Source: Leptogorgia sarmentosa
Lineage: Eukaryota
Direction of reading: 5' to 3'
Assembly (NCBI GenBank): GCA_964658305.1
Contig: OZ210885.1
Coordinates: 8,122,001 to 8,186,000, forward strand
Length of the DNA stretch: 64,000 nucleotides
Below the pieces are notes generated by a model that saw only the letters and a program-made list of their open reading frames with translations, was not told the DNA's origin and ran no database searches. Below, in pieces: positions 49,848-62,791 of the stretch (positions are counted from its first letter, which is position 1; every line of letters starts with the position of its first letter). Both the position numbers and the translations under genes were made by a program.

Positions 49848-51561
49848 ACTTAACATGGTTAACCCTATTAATGGGAGTTTCGTTAATGACCAAATTAGGC
49901 GAGGAGTTGAATGTCCTAATTCTTTGCCTAGATCTAATCAACATAAATTCTGTCTTTGATGTATTAAGTGTCAATTTGTTTGCTGCGAGCCACTCACTAA
50001 CATTTTCAAGATCTTGATTCAGACTCTGATCGATATCACGAATATCTGCCCCAGAAAACGTCAAATGGGTGTCGTCAGCAAACATACGTGGGTAAGATTG
50101 CTCAAGACAGTTTGGCAAATCATTGATGTAAAGTAAAAATAGAAGAGGCCCTAGTATTGTCCCCTGTGGAACCCCACAGGGAATAGGGCTGTTTTTAGAT
50201 AGAAAACCATTCACGAGACATTTTTGAGTACGGCCACTTAAATAAGACTTAAACCAATTACTTGCCATATGTCGAACGCCATAAGCATTTAATTTTGTTA
50301 ACAGTATTTCGTGGTCAACCGTGTCAAAAGCTTTCTTGAGGTCTAGAAACACTACAGCATTGACATTGCCGCAATCGATATTGTACGCCCAGTCGTTAGT
50401 TGCCTCAAGGAGAGCTGTGACAGTGTGACAGTAGAGTGGAGACCACGAAAGCCTGATTGATTTTTAAAAAGCAGTTTATTTTCGTCGATGAAAAGTTTGA
50501 CCTGATCGTAGACTATTCTTACGAAAATCTTTGCGACAACTGGAATAATTGAAATAGGTCGATAATTATCAAGTTGATTTCGTTTGCCTTGCTTGAACAA
50601 CGGTATTACTTTCGAGCTTTTCCATTCATCAGGGAAAATACCCGTGTTGATTGAACAGTTGTATATTACACAAAGTGAATTGGCAATTAAATCAGGACAT
50701 TCACGTAGCAACCTAGCAGATATTTTATCTAAACCGGTTGCTTTGGATTTACTTAATTTTGAAAGCATAGAGAAAAGTTTAGATGATGTAGTTGTCTTCA
50801 TTTGAAAGTTAAGTCCATCATCAACTGGATTTAAATAATCCATATATGAACGGTTGTTATCATTGTAAGCTATTGTATTCGCTAGTTTTGGACCAATAGT
50901 TACAAAGTGTTCGTTGAACTCATTAGACAGTTCATTTGGATCAGTAATCAAAGAACCATTATTTCATTATGTCATTTGTCATTTCTAAAACTTGAGGAAT
51001 TAAAATTTTTAAAATTTCTGTAAGTCACAGTAGAATGACCTTTACGGGATAAACCAGTAGAAAGTTTGCGAAAGGCATAAACTAAGCTATGATCGCTAAT
51101 GCCGATATGAGAGACACCAGAGCAAACTATTTTATCAGGCATGTTAGTGAATAATAGAAGACGACTCAGTAATACGTGTCGGTTCGTTTATCAACTGATG
51201 TAAATAATAAAGATTTGTAATATTATTCAATGAGGTTGAATTATGATCTAGAGTGGGTGAGCCTAAATTACAGTTCAGATCACCCATTACATAATATTCA
51301 ACTTGTTCCGCATCTAGTTTACCTAATAGAGTTTCAAAATAGTTAAATTTGTCAACAACAGAGTTAGGCGGTCTATACCATGTTGTAATAAGAAAAGGCT
51401 TTGAATTCGGTTTGCGTATTTCAATGCACAAATTTTCGATTTCTTGACAGGAAAGATCGGGTCGTGGTAAGGAATTGATTGTTGAGCGAACATAAAAACA
51501 AACCCCTCCACCATGTCTACCATTGATACATCGATCCCGACGTATTATTTCATATCCAGGA

Positions 51562-51635
51562 ATATGTACTTCACTATCCATATGTACTTCACTATCCATA
51601 TGTACTTCACTATCCATATGTACTTCACTATCCAT
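51562..51635 (-). repeat. 18-bp tandem repeat (MDSEVH x4) at the LINE truncation point
   Basis: ATATGTACTTCACTATCC units. Confidence 0.9.
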
Positions 51636-51639
51636 ATAT

Positions 51640-53960
51640 ATATAACACTATATATTGTCTCTTGTTCTGAATCTTCAAGCATGATGACAGGATCTTCATT
51701 ATTTGGTTCACAATCAGTGTTGTCAGATTCACTCTCTGTTGAGGACGCTTCATCCACACCAATATCAACCAGCCAGTCTTTCAGATATTTATTTCTCTCC
51801 ATTGCTCTCGTTCGTTTGCCTCTCTTGCTTCTTTCCTTGTAAGCCTTTCTCCTTGTCTGGTTGGATCTTCTTCTCTTTGCATCATTCCAGAGGATAATTG
51901 CTGCATCACAGAATTCTTCATTGAACTCTTTAAGATTGGGACCAGTCACTTTGATGCGCAACAAATCAGTCAGATTTGATTCATTTAGCCTATTACGCCA
52001 GTCCGTTTTCGCCACACGCAAGTATGAAATAAACGATTCACACACTGAATTTCCATATGGACAGGTTAAGCATAGTTCAATGAGTAGAAATAGGTCCTTG
52101 GCCCCATCTTGTTTGAGGTTCTTCATACGTGGCCAGGAGGAATGGACGCAAAATTGTTAAAGATCTTCCAACTGGATCTTGAGACTTTCAGCACTAAGTC
52201 TTGGCTCCTTCATGGGCATCCATACCTTAGAATTTAAGATCTTTGCAGCTGAATGGGCAATTTCATCAGCTTCTCTTGTTTCTTTGCAAGATTCAGTCCC
52301 GTCGTCTGAATTATCAACAAGACTACCATAACGCTTCGCAAGGGATTGATAGATAGTTCCCACATTATCTTTTATCACACGACCCAGAGATGTTCTACCT
52401 TGGGATAAGTTTGTAACTTTTACACCCTGGTATAGGCTGGATTCGTCAGGCCTTTCTTCTATCACAGATAGGACATATTTCACTGTTGGAAGCGAACTTG
52501 CTGCTGCAGCTGGATCTTCGTCTACTTTGGCTAGCATTATCTTGTATTTCTTTATTGTACGGTCAACAGCTTCTACTTGCTTTATGATGTTGATTTTTTC
52601 CGTCTTTTGTGTTGTCAGGGATAACTGTCGAGCAGGCTCAAGAAAATCCACGTACATGGCACATTTTAGTAGCACTGAACCGTGTGCAATTCGTCTTCTA
52701 ATTCCTTCGAGCTTAGTCTTATCATTTTTCTTCGTTGTCTCCGCAATGACATTTTGAATGTGTGATAAATAAAGCCCTCTTTTGTCAATAAAGAGTCTCA
52801 TTGCACGCAGTTTGTGATCTATCCAACGAGTTCCAGTTGATTTAGTTGGCTTTACTTCTTCATTTTCGAATTCATAGACATCTTTCAATATTTCGTGTAG
52901 CGCACGCAGTTCTCTCAATCGTTTACCAGAATTTTGGTAGGTGTAGAACAGATCACGCATTGCGGTATCGATTTCTTCCATGTCATTTTTGAGGGCATCT
53001 TTAATTGCCAATTCGAGGCGATGAGATAAACACCAGAAAAATTTTATGTGTTCACCGTATTTATGTTGCAGTTGACGAATGACTCCTGCTCGAACCCCGG
53101 AATTTACCGCTGTTTCATCGGATTAAAAAAACGCAATGTTTTGCAACTTCTCCCGGATATCACAATCTTGAAATGCACGCGTGATAGCATCTGTAATGCC
53201 TTCAGCATCTTGGGACACGACTGATTTCAAGCCAAGGAAAGCAAGATGTGGTTTGAAGTCGTCTGGGTCAAGTTTTGTGTTGAATAATGTCTTTATATGA
53301 CATCAAAAAATATGTCTTCCACAGGTTCTTTCTCAGAAATTATTGGTAGCACAGCCTCTGTATTCTCATGCACTGGCACAAAGGCAGATTTTCTTGATGC
53401 AATAGGTGCATTTCTTTCTTCAATCGACACTTTAGATGACTTTGAGGTATTGGATGATGTAGGAGCTGGTGAATTTGTCAACTTGCTCTCTTAATTTTGT
53501 TCTTTAACTCTTTCTCGTAGAGGGACTTTGAAGCGCAGTGAATAAAAAGTTTGCACGCTATATCATTCTCGTATGCACATGACTGAAGAAACTCAACTCC
53601 ATGCAACTTTTCAAGCTCTTCAACTCAGTGAAATCAGAATATGGGCGTGCCTTGAAAGCAATTAAATATGCAATATCAAAGATTTTCTTCAGCGCACATT
53701 TTTCGTCTTCGCTTAACCGAGCCATATTGTTGATTGCTTGGAGGATACCAGAGTCACTTGGTGGTTTTCTTGAACTACACGAGCTCTCCTATTCTCCGCC
53801 CTCGCTTGTTCTTCTTCTTCTAATTGTAGAGCATGTTTATGCAACTTGCTCTTAGCATGTTCATTAACAGCAGAAGATTTCAATTTTTTTGATCCAGTAA
53901 TAAACGCATTTGATGCAGATAGTTTTGACTTCCATTTGACACAAACATCACACGTCAAAG
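51640..53960 (-). pseudogene. Decayed hAT transposase (ZNF862-like)
   Basis: CDVC..AFITGS..EHAKSKLH zinc finger, FDIAYLIA..PYSDF, WCLSHRLELAIKDAL, STGTRWIDHK, NSVCESFISYLRVAKTDWRNRL; several frameshifts, stops and deletions. Confidence 0.85.
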
Positions 53961-53968
53961 TAGTCTTA

Positions 53969-54492
53969 GGGGGTGTTTATATGGAGGCGAGCTAGCCCGG
54001 GTACCCGGGCTAGCTCGCTTAAGCGAGATCTAATGTCACAATATAATTTATAGTAATGTTCATCTTGCGTTTATATGGGGAACCGGGCTGGCCCGCCTAG
54101 GCGAGATCTCGCTTTGCGAAAGCGGGATCCCGCCTAGGCGGGCTGGAAATTTTCCATATAAACGCAATTACCCGGGCTGGCTCGCCTAAGCGGGCTGGGT
54201 GTTATTTCGCCTTTCGCGCGAATATACTGATACAAATTAGATTTTTTCGACATATATCAATCTAAAAAGGTCTCAGAAAACGATTTTGTGAATTATAACT
54301 GTGAAATTAGCTTTCAAAAGTGTGCATTTCACGTTCGTAAGAAAATATTGCTATTTATAGCGATGAGACCAGTAGTTTGTTTTGGCGAGCCAGCCCGCCT
54401 CGAAAGTCTCATGTAAACACGAGATGAAATCAGCTCGCCTAACCGGGCTAGCTCGGGTACCCGGGCTGGCTCGCCTCCATATAAACACCCCC
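53969..54492. mobile_element. PIF/Harbinger-type MITE
   Basis: TIRs GGGGGTGTTTATATGGAGGCGAGC / GCTCGCCTCCATATAAACACCCCC; TTA TSD (53966-53968, 54493-54495). Confidence 0.9.
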
Positions 54493-55369
54493 TTAGTATA
54501 ATCTATTTTTAGAAATTCATTGTTTTCTTTTCAAGACTCGAAAGTTTTCGTTTTCAACGACATTTTGTCTTTAACCTCATTTAATCTATTAACAACTTTT
54601 TTACACGAAAATTAAACTTTTTTCTGCGCCACCCGGTACAACGCCACAACAACCTCCCCAGCCCACCCCTCGCAAACGTTTATCGTTTTCGTCACGTTCT
54701 TGCATGTCCTACATGCTTAAGGTCGCTATTATCCCTGTCATGTAGTAAGTACTACATCTGGTATTATCACCATTAACCTGGCAGAAATACAGGGAGACAC
54801 AGTTTTTTTTTGAAAAAAAAATCAACGCATCATCAATAAAAATTTTACTTACATATTCCCATCATCATTCCGATCATCCACATCGTTCACCTGTTGAGAC
54901 GCAAATAATTTAAATCAACGAAAGATCAATTTTTGCGAGTGTATGAGATTCATCGCGTGATTTTAATGACGATGCAATGCAGGCGTTACCGCCTTAACAA
55001 GTACGATTGTACTATTGGACCAGGAACTGGTCCTGAAACAAAGCAAATGGCCCGATTTCATTTTGACGTATTTTGACACACGCAACATTAACGCAACTTA
55101 TCTGTCCCTAATACACGATCTTGCATGTATGTAATGGTTTACTGCTATAGGGAATAAGCGAATAACGCAAATACTAATTCCTTCAGTTAATTATTCAGCT
55201 AATTAAATATTCCATGATCACAATGACACCGCGGGTCCGCGGGCAGTCCAAACATGTACAAATGTGTCAGTGCCGACACGCTTTACTTGTAAAGGAAGCT
55301 CATATAACTATCAGGTAGTAATCAATGCTTGAAATTATATTATATATTTACCTGCTCAGATTCTTCACC

Positions 55370-58300
55370 TTCGACGATAGTTCTTTGAAATAAGGAAAAA
55401 CACTTTAGCGTGCCTTTTATCGTACCGATCAGAAGGGACATTTTTCCGAAATCTTTGTTTACTGAACTAACCTTGCCTCAGGCGGTAAACCCGCCATGAG
55501 CAATCTACCATTATCTGAGCCATCAAGCAGTGATGATCTGCCTCTTAATACTTGTTGCTCGTTTCTCTTTCTCAGAAAATGTCTTCTTTCAGACGCTAAA
55601 ATGGCAGGACATACAAACGTGCTACATGAAGATTGCACAACATAGTGATTCTAAAACAAAGTATCGTATCAAATCACGCATAATTTGCATGAAACACATG
55701 CATTGCCTTAATTATTTTACTTTCTCCTGTCAAATTCTGCCATCGTTCTGTTTGACCAGAACTTAAAAATTGTAATTCGTACCTCATTTTCCCCCTGCAG
55801 CTGAACAAGTTTAGCCGCGAGACGCTTGCATTCAATCTCAGCCTAAAAATAGAACGTGTATATTATATATTTAGTTGAGTGAAACATTTCTTAAGATCCA
55901 GGACTCGTTCCGGTCAAAAACAGAAAAGACTGAAGCAAAATATTTTGATAAATACTGCATAGAAATCGACAGAAATATTCATGAGAATCTTTTGTGTTGT
56001 ACACGTGGGCTTTCTAATAAATTGTGATCGATAAAAAGCGAATGCAGTGATTAACAATTATTGGATGAGGTTTTTGTGATATGCGGAATTATCAAGGTCG
56101 AGGTAAGCGTTATCAGCCGAGCCGAAACCGAATTCAAAAATTATTTTATTATACATTTGAAGAATAACAAACAAAGTATTAATGCATGAAAAACTTCATT
56201 TATCAAAACATAGGCTCATTTTGTACATAATTAGTTATCTGCTAGCAGATAACTGGATTTCCTGTGGGTTGCGTGATTGCGCGATTTAACTGTAAGCTCT
56301 TAGCCAATCAGATTGCTTTTACCATCTACAGTGTATAATAATCCGCCTTGTCCCCTCTTTGTGCATTTTCCGCCACACACGTTTTTAAGTGATCAACCTG
56401 CAAATAAATAAATGTAAAATATTCAATGCGAAATCCAAACACGTAGGTTTCTCCTCGTGTTCTGGAGACACAAGTTTTATGGCCTATTAATTTTCAAGAA
56501 GATTGAAAATGATCTCCGCAACCTTGTTGTATTATACAAACGTAAAATACCTTCTTCTCGTAATTTTCCAGCCTTCTTTCTATCGATTCTTTTTTCGGTA
56601 GATCCTAAAGATAATTACGAAAGAATTTTTTGACTTGGTAAAAATCTCCCACAGAACACTTGAATGAAAAAACACAGGACACACGAACGATCCATCCAGT
56701 CACGTACTTCTTGTTTGTCGATTTCTTGTTGTATATTTTGCTCCGTCAATTTCTCTAAATAACGTAAGAAAAAGCAATCAAGTTACCATGAAGATTAAAC
56801 ACAACTTCAGTAACTAATCAATGATGGTATTAAGAAATAATAAAAAATCCTTACTAAATTTCTTCTCGTATTCGGCAATTGTGGTTTCATATTCAGCCTA
56901 AAGAAATGAAAGTGTCTGATTACGGTTATATCACGGTTCGTTTACAGCAACAACGGCTTCAGAATTTTTAGATCAATTTCTTATAGAAATACCATAGGTA
57001 GCCCAACGCACGCATGACGTAACATTCAGTAGTATAATATGATCATATATATCATAATATATCATATTATTATATAGGCAAGCACTATATATGAGATATT
57101 CTGTAATCTGATTGGCTGAGCTACTCGCTAGCTATTACTTCATATATAGTGAGTAGGACGAATTAATTATCTCACTCAAGTAAGCTTAAAACAAAATGGC
57201 TGAAAATGGCTGAGTGTTTCCCTCAAATGAATGATTTTAATAAATTTTATAATGTTCGCCTTTTGTCTATATAATAAAACAATTATACCATTCGCTCTTG
57301 TCGTATATGGCTGATAGCCAACTCGGCTGCGCCTCGTCGTCATATACGACTCGAGCTCATGGCATAATTGTTAATTATACTACTGGATGTTACGTCATGC
57401 GTGCGTTGGGCTACCTATGGAAATACTCCTCCAGCCGTATTATAACAAGATATGATCTTATATCAACGTATAACATGTGCATTTATATTTAATAAAGCAC
57501 CGATCGTTCTACATGTGTTGCTAGATTATTGAAAGTTTGTGCACGATGGCGTTTTAACATGAGGCTGAATGGATAATACATTAAAAACCGTACGACAGTT
57601 TCTTTCGTGTGGCGAAGGACATGAACTTCATCTCGTAACTCTCGAGATTCTTGAGCCAGACTTTGAAGTTGTGCTATCTATAATACAAAAAACACGACTC
57701 AAAAACATGTCAGTGCTTTTTATGTTTTAATGTAATTGCTGTTCTTTAAATTCGATCTACTCACTCGCTCACACAAACTTAAGTGTTCTTTCTCGTATGA
57801 GTCGCATCTAGTACGAAGTTCATCCCGATCCATAAATAATAGTGAAATTTGTAAAGAAAAAACCGACTCTTGAAAAAAGAAAGAAAACAAAACAAACAAT
57901 CCAGTAGTAGGAAGAGTTTCAACACGAACATACTTGACTCAAGAGCGCAGTTCTCTTCCCTTAGTTGTTCCACCTCTTCCCTTAATTGTTCCGCCTCTAG
58001 TCGAAGCCTGAAACATCATCAGGATCTCTGTAAAAATAATTGCCTGTCAGGGACTGTAGTATCTTCACATCTCTGATTTTATGAGTAATACAAGCAAGGA
58101 TTTCAAACGCTTCTTGAAAACTTTCCAGTAGTTACTGCATACCGCGTAAACACATTGTTTATTGGATAACATAGAACCATAGAACTTAATTATACTATAG
58201 TCTTAAAATGTAATGCAATGTTAATGCAACAATGGGGGGGGGGGCTCAACTTGCTTTGCCCTGCATCGCACTTGTGCTTTACTGCAGTGTATAGTCCACT

Positions 58301-61300
58301 TCAAGAAAAATATTTATAAATTTTTAAAGCAGTTTACGAACCCATGTTGGTTATTATGAGTTCTTAACCGTTTATTTAAGAACTCGCACTTTTAGTTCTT
58401 CATTTTCCGCTTCGAGAATAGAGTTGTTCTCTCTCAACAATGATAACTGCATTGTAAGAATTAAAACAAATTTATATGTATACCTACAAGCCATCACTTT
58501 TCTTTATTGTTTGTTGTAAACTTATGCTGACAAAACCTGGTTTAGTCATTTACTCAGCGTTACACAATGAAATATGTGCCACTAAAAAAAATTAATGATC
58601 GACCATAACAGTACATATGCTCATACTTGTCCATCTTATTTACGACATCTTTGGGAGATGTCTTCATTTTCTTGTATCGATAAATTCAATCGATGCTGAA
58701 AAAATACACATAATTACACGGTTGAATTGTACTGTATCTCCTAAAGGCAAAAATCTTTGCCCCTCATACACTGTTGCAAATTAAAATTAGGTTTCCGATC
58801 CAATCTTTTAAACGATCCAATCTTTTAAAAACCACCCTCAAAATGCACGAAAACATGTTATTTTTTGAAAGTTTCTTGTCGGAACATGTCCCGCACCTTT
58901 TCAGAAGTTCGCGTCTAATAAGTAACAATAAAAGACGAGACGTTGAAAATATTTCAACCAATTTGACATTCAGGGTATATTGATCAAACACATGCAGGAA
59001 AATCGTCCGTGGCGTCGTTTGTGACGTACATGCACATCCGGGGGTTTATTAAAGGTGGACAACAGTTTGAGCCAAAAAAACGTTCGTTCGACGATAGTTC
59101 TTGAAATAAGAAAAAACACTTTAGCGTATCGATCAGAAGGGATATTCTTCCGAAATCTTTGTTTACTGAACTAACCTTGCCTCAGGCGGTAAATCCGCCA
59201 TGAGCAATCCACCATTATCTGAGCCATCAAGTTGCCCATTTCTCTCTCTCTCTTGAGTGAAACATTTCTTAAGATCCAGGACTCGTTTCGGTCAAAAAAA
59301 AAAAAAGATTGAAGCAAAATATTTTGATAAATACTGCATAGAAATCGACAGAAATATTCATGAGAATCTTTTGTTGTACACGTGGGCTTTCTAATAAATT
59401 GTGATCGATAAAAAGCGAATGCAGTGATTAACAATTATTGGATGAGGTTTTTGTGATATGCGGAATTATCAAGGTCGAGGTAAGCGTTATCAGCCGAGCC
59501 GAAACCGAATTCAAAAATTGTTTTATTATACATTTGAAGAATAATAAAAAAAGTATTAATGCATGAAAAACTTCATTTTTCAAAACATAGGCTCATTTTG
59601 TACATAATTAGTTATCTGCAAGCAGATAACTGGACTTCCTGTGGGTTGCGTGATTGCGCGATTTAACTGTAAGCTCTTAGCCAATCAGATTGCTTTTACC
59701 ATCTACAATGTATAATAATCCACCTTGTCCGCTCTTTGTGCATTTTCCGCCACCGAGGTTTTTAAGTGATCAACCTGCAAATAAACAAATGTAAAATATT
59801 CAATACGAAATCCAAACACGTAGGTTTCTCCTCGTGTTCTGGAGACACAAGTTTTATTGCCTATTAATTTTCAAGAAGATTGAAAATGATCTCCGCAACC
59901 TTGTTGTATTATACAAATGTAAAATACCTTCTTCTAATTTTCGAGCATTTTTTTCATAGCATTTTTTTCCCGTAAATCCTAAAGATAATTACGAAAGAAT
60001 TTTTTGACTGTGTAAAAATCTCCCACAAAACACTTGAATGAAAAAACACAGGACACACGAACGATCCATCCAGTCACGTACTTCTTGCTCGTCAATTTCT
60101 TGTTGTATATTTTGCTCCGTCAATTTCTCTAAATAACGTAAGAAAAAGCAATCAAGTTACCATGAAGATTAAACACAACTTCAGTAACTAATCAATGATG
60201 GCATTAAGAAATAATAAAAAATCCTTACTAAACTACTTCTCGTATTCGGCAATTGTGGTTTCATATTCAGCCTAAAGAAATGAAAGTGTCTGATTACGGT
60301 TATATCACGGTTCGTTTACAGCAACAACTAAGTCAACGGCTTCAGAATTTTTAGATCAATTTCTTATAGAAATACCATAGGTAGCCCAACGCACGCATGA
60401 CGTAACATTCAGTAGTATAATATGATCATATATATCATAATATATCATATTATACTACTGGATGTTACGTCATGCGTGCATTGGGCTACCTATGGAAATA
60501 CTCCTCCAGCCGTATTATAACAAGATATGATCTTATATCCACGTATAACATGTGCATTTATATTTAATAAAGCACCGATCGTTCTACATGTGTTGTTAGA
60601 TTATTGAAAGTTTGTGCACGATGGCGTTTCAACATGAGGCTGAATGGATAACACATTAAAAAACGTACGACAGTTTCTTTCGTGTGGCGAAGGACATGTA
60701 CTTCATCTCGTAACTCTCGTGATTCTTGATCCAGACTTTGAAGTCGTGCTATCTATAATACAAAAAAACACGACTCAAAAACATGTCAGTGCTTTTTATC
60801 TTTTAATATAATTGCTTCTCTTTAAATTCGATCTACTCACTCGCTCACACAAACGTAAGTGTTCTTTCTCGTATGAGTCGCATCTAGTACGAAGTTCATC
60901 CCGATCTATAAATAATAGTGAAATTTGTAAAGAAAAAACCGACTCTTGAAAAAAGAAAGAAAACAAAACAAACAATTCAGTAGTAGGAAGAGTTTCAACA
61001 CGAACAGACTTGACTCAAGAGCGCAGTTCTCTTCCCTTAGTTGTTCCACCTCTTCCCTTAATTGTTCCGCCTCTAGTCGAAGCCTGAAACATTCATCAGG
61101 ATCTCTGCAAAAATAATTGCCTGTCAGGGACTGTAGTATCTTCATATCTCTGATTTTATGAGTAATACAAGCAAGCATTTCAAACGCTTCTTGAAAACTT
61201 TTCAGTAGTTACTGCATACCGTAAACACATTGTTTATTGGACAACATAGAACCATAGAACTTAATTATACTATAGTCTTAAAATGTAATGCAATGTTAAT

Positions 61301-61812
61301 GCAACAATGGGGGGCTCAACTTGCTTTGCCCTGCATCGCACTTGTGCTTTACTGCAGTGTATAGTCCACTTCAAGAAAAAGATTTATAAATTTTTAAAGC
61401 AGTTTACGAACCCATGTTGGTTGTTATGAGTTCTTAACCGTTTTTTAAGAACTCGCACTTTTAGTTCTTCATTTTCCGCTTCGAGAATAGAGTTGTTCTC
61501 TCTCAACAATGATAACTACATTGTAAGAATTAAAACAAATTTATATGTATACCTCAAGCCATCACTTCTCTTTATTGATTGTTGTAAACTGATGCTGACA
61601 AAACCTGGTTTAGTCATTTACTCATCGTTACACAATGTAATATGTGCCACTAAAAATAATTAATGATCGACCATAACAGTACATATGCTCATACTTGTCC
61701 ATCTTATTCATGACATCTTTGCGAGATGTCTTCATTTTCTTGTATTGATAAATTCAATCGATGCTGAAAAAATACACATAATTACACGGTTGAATTGTAC
61801 TGTATCTCCTAA
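55370..61812. repeat. Direct ~3 kb segmental duplication (copy A 55370-58744, copy B 59087-61812)
   Basis: Long colinear near-identical sequence; copy B lacks ~55528-55874; copy A has an extra ~300-bp insert; ~340-bp unrelated spacer. Confidence 0.95.
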
Positions 61813-62098
61813 TATTTTTTCTATTTAGTCCATTTTTTACTACACACACACAGTTACAGTTGCTGTGTGTTTAAAAACAATCCTGTATCTCTAGATCTTG
61901 AAATGCATCATAATAAATATCAACAGGACTTGAAACATCCCCATTTTGTAACTACACCAACAAAAAAGTGTTCACATTAATTTTTCTGTTCATTTTTCAA
62001 TACATAATGAGAAGACGCTGCACAATATACCTCTTGAATGGCATGCATGATTACTTCTTGCACGTCATCTGCCAGTTTCATGATTTTTGTTATGAATT
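55471..62098 (-). pseudogene. HOOK: Hook-family microtubule/dynein adaptor pseudogene (multi-exon, internally duplicated)
   Basis: Short GT-AG exons in Hook order: EFITKIMKLADDVQEVIMHAIQE (62031-62098), ..ISQRCHE*DGQ (61695-61763), LLRENNSILEAENEELK, LQSLAQESRELRDEVHVLR, YETTIAEYEKK, RRLENYEKK, AEIECKRLAAKLVQLQGENE (55783-55842), ..LMAGLPPEAR; recalled Hook counterparts EYIQ.IM.LEESVQ.VVM.AIQE, QRCHELD.Q, LKDE.DVLR, PE.R. In-frame stops and frameshifts present. Confidence 0.75.
57071..57373. mobile_element. TIR-less insertion with internal hairpins (possible non-autonomous Crypton-type)
   Basis: Present in copy A, absent at the matching site of copy B (~60450); flanked by ATTAT direct repeats; long terminal hairpin ~57275-57373. 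Confidence 0.75.
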
Positions 62099-62791
62099 CT
62101 AATAGAAAATATCTACCATTAATAAATTGTTTAATATCTATAGTGGCATTGCACTTGCACATGATCTACACCTTTTCCAGGTCATTTTCAGTGATTTCTA
62201 AACGAATTTCAGAAAACGCAGGTCAATTTCAGACATTTGCAAGTGAGATTTAGTTAATACAAGTCTGCAGATGTGTTCCACCAATAAGAACCTGACAGAT
62301 AAGGACACTGACTGTTTTCATGTGGTCTTATGCTATTCGAGCTGTGTTTGATAAACAGAGGAAACAACAAACGTTTTAAATCGATCACCTGTTCATTATT
62401 CAATGCGTGTTTTTATTCAATGACACGCGCCAGGTGAAATATCTTTTCTAAAATTAACAACTCATACATATTATTAAATCGAAGAGTTTGCAGTTGTGAA
62501 TAAAAATCGAGAAAGAGTTGTTCGCATAAGCAAAATGTTACATTCCATTTCCAAAGAACATCACATTAATATTTATAATATTTTCTTGTTATTTAAACAA
62601 TCTCAAAATGTTTGTTGATTAAAACGAAATTATTCAAGCACTGTTGGGAAAAACACCCTCTATAACGATGTGACAGATATGTTTTATTCTTGACTGATAT
62701 GCACTGCATAATACTGGATGCTAATCGACGAGCAGATGTAAGTCACGTTCGTTGAGACAGTATACATTGTCCTTGAGCCACGGCGCGAAGC

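Larger units (their letters stand above)
47598..51635 (-). mobile_element. CR1/L2-group LINE, 5'-truncated, frameshifted, interrupted by nested DNA elements
   Basis: Endonuclease (RRDR..HGGGV, WYRPP, MGDLN, GISDH), RT (NYRPIS, FLDLKKAFDTVDH, GVPQGTILGP, MFADD), C-terminus (LQKLQNRAAR, NSFAYSGATLWNSLP); AATAAA plus (TCTTGAA)n tail at ~47600-47624. Confidence 0.92.

Noticed and set aside
58636..61706. Conserved in-frame TAA suggesting stop-codon reassignment or readthrough
   Set aside because: Frameshifts also occur in the Hook exons and other ORFs terminate normally at TAA; shared ancestry of the two copies explains it.
62172..62292. Possible further upstream Hook exon
   Set aside because: Has AG/GT ends, but no frame resembles the Hook domain and each contains stops.
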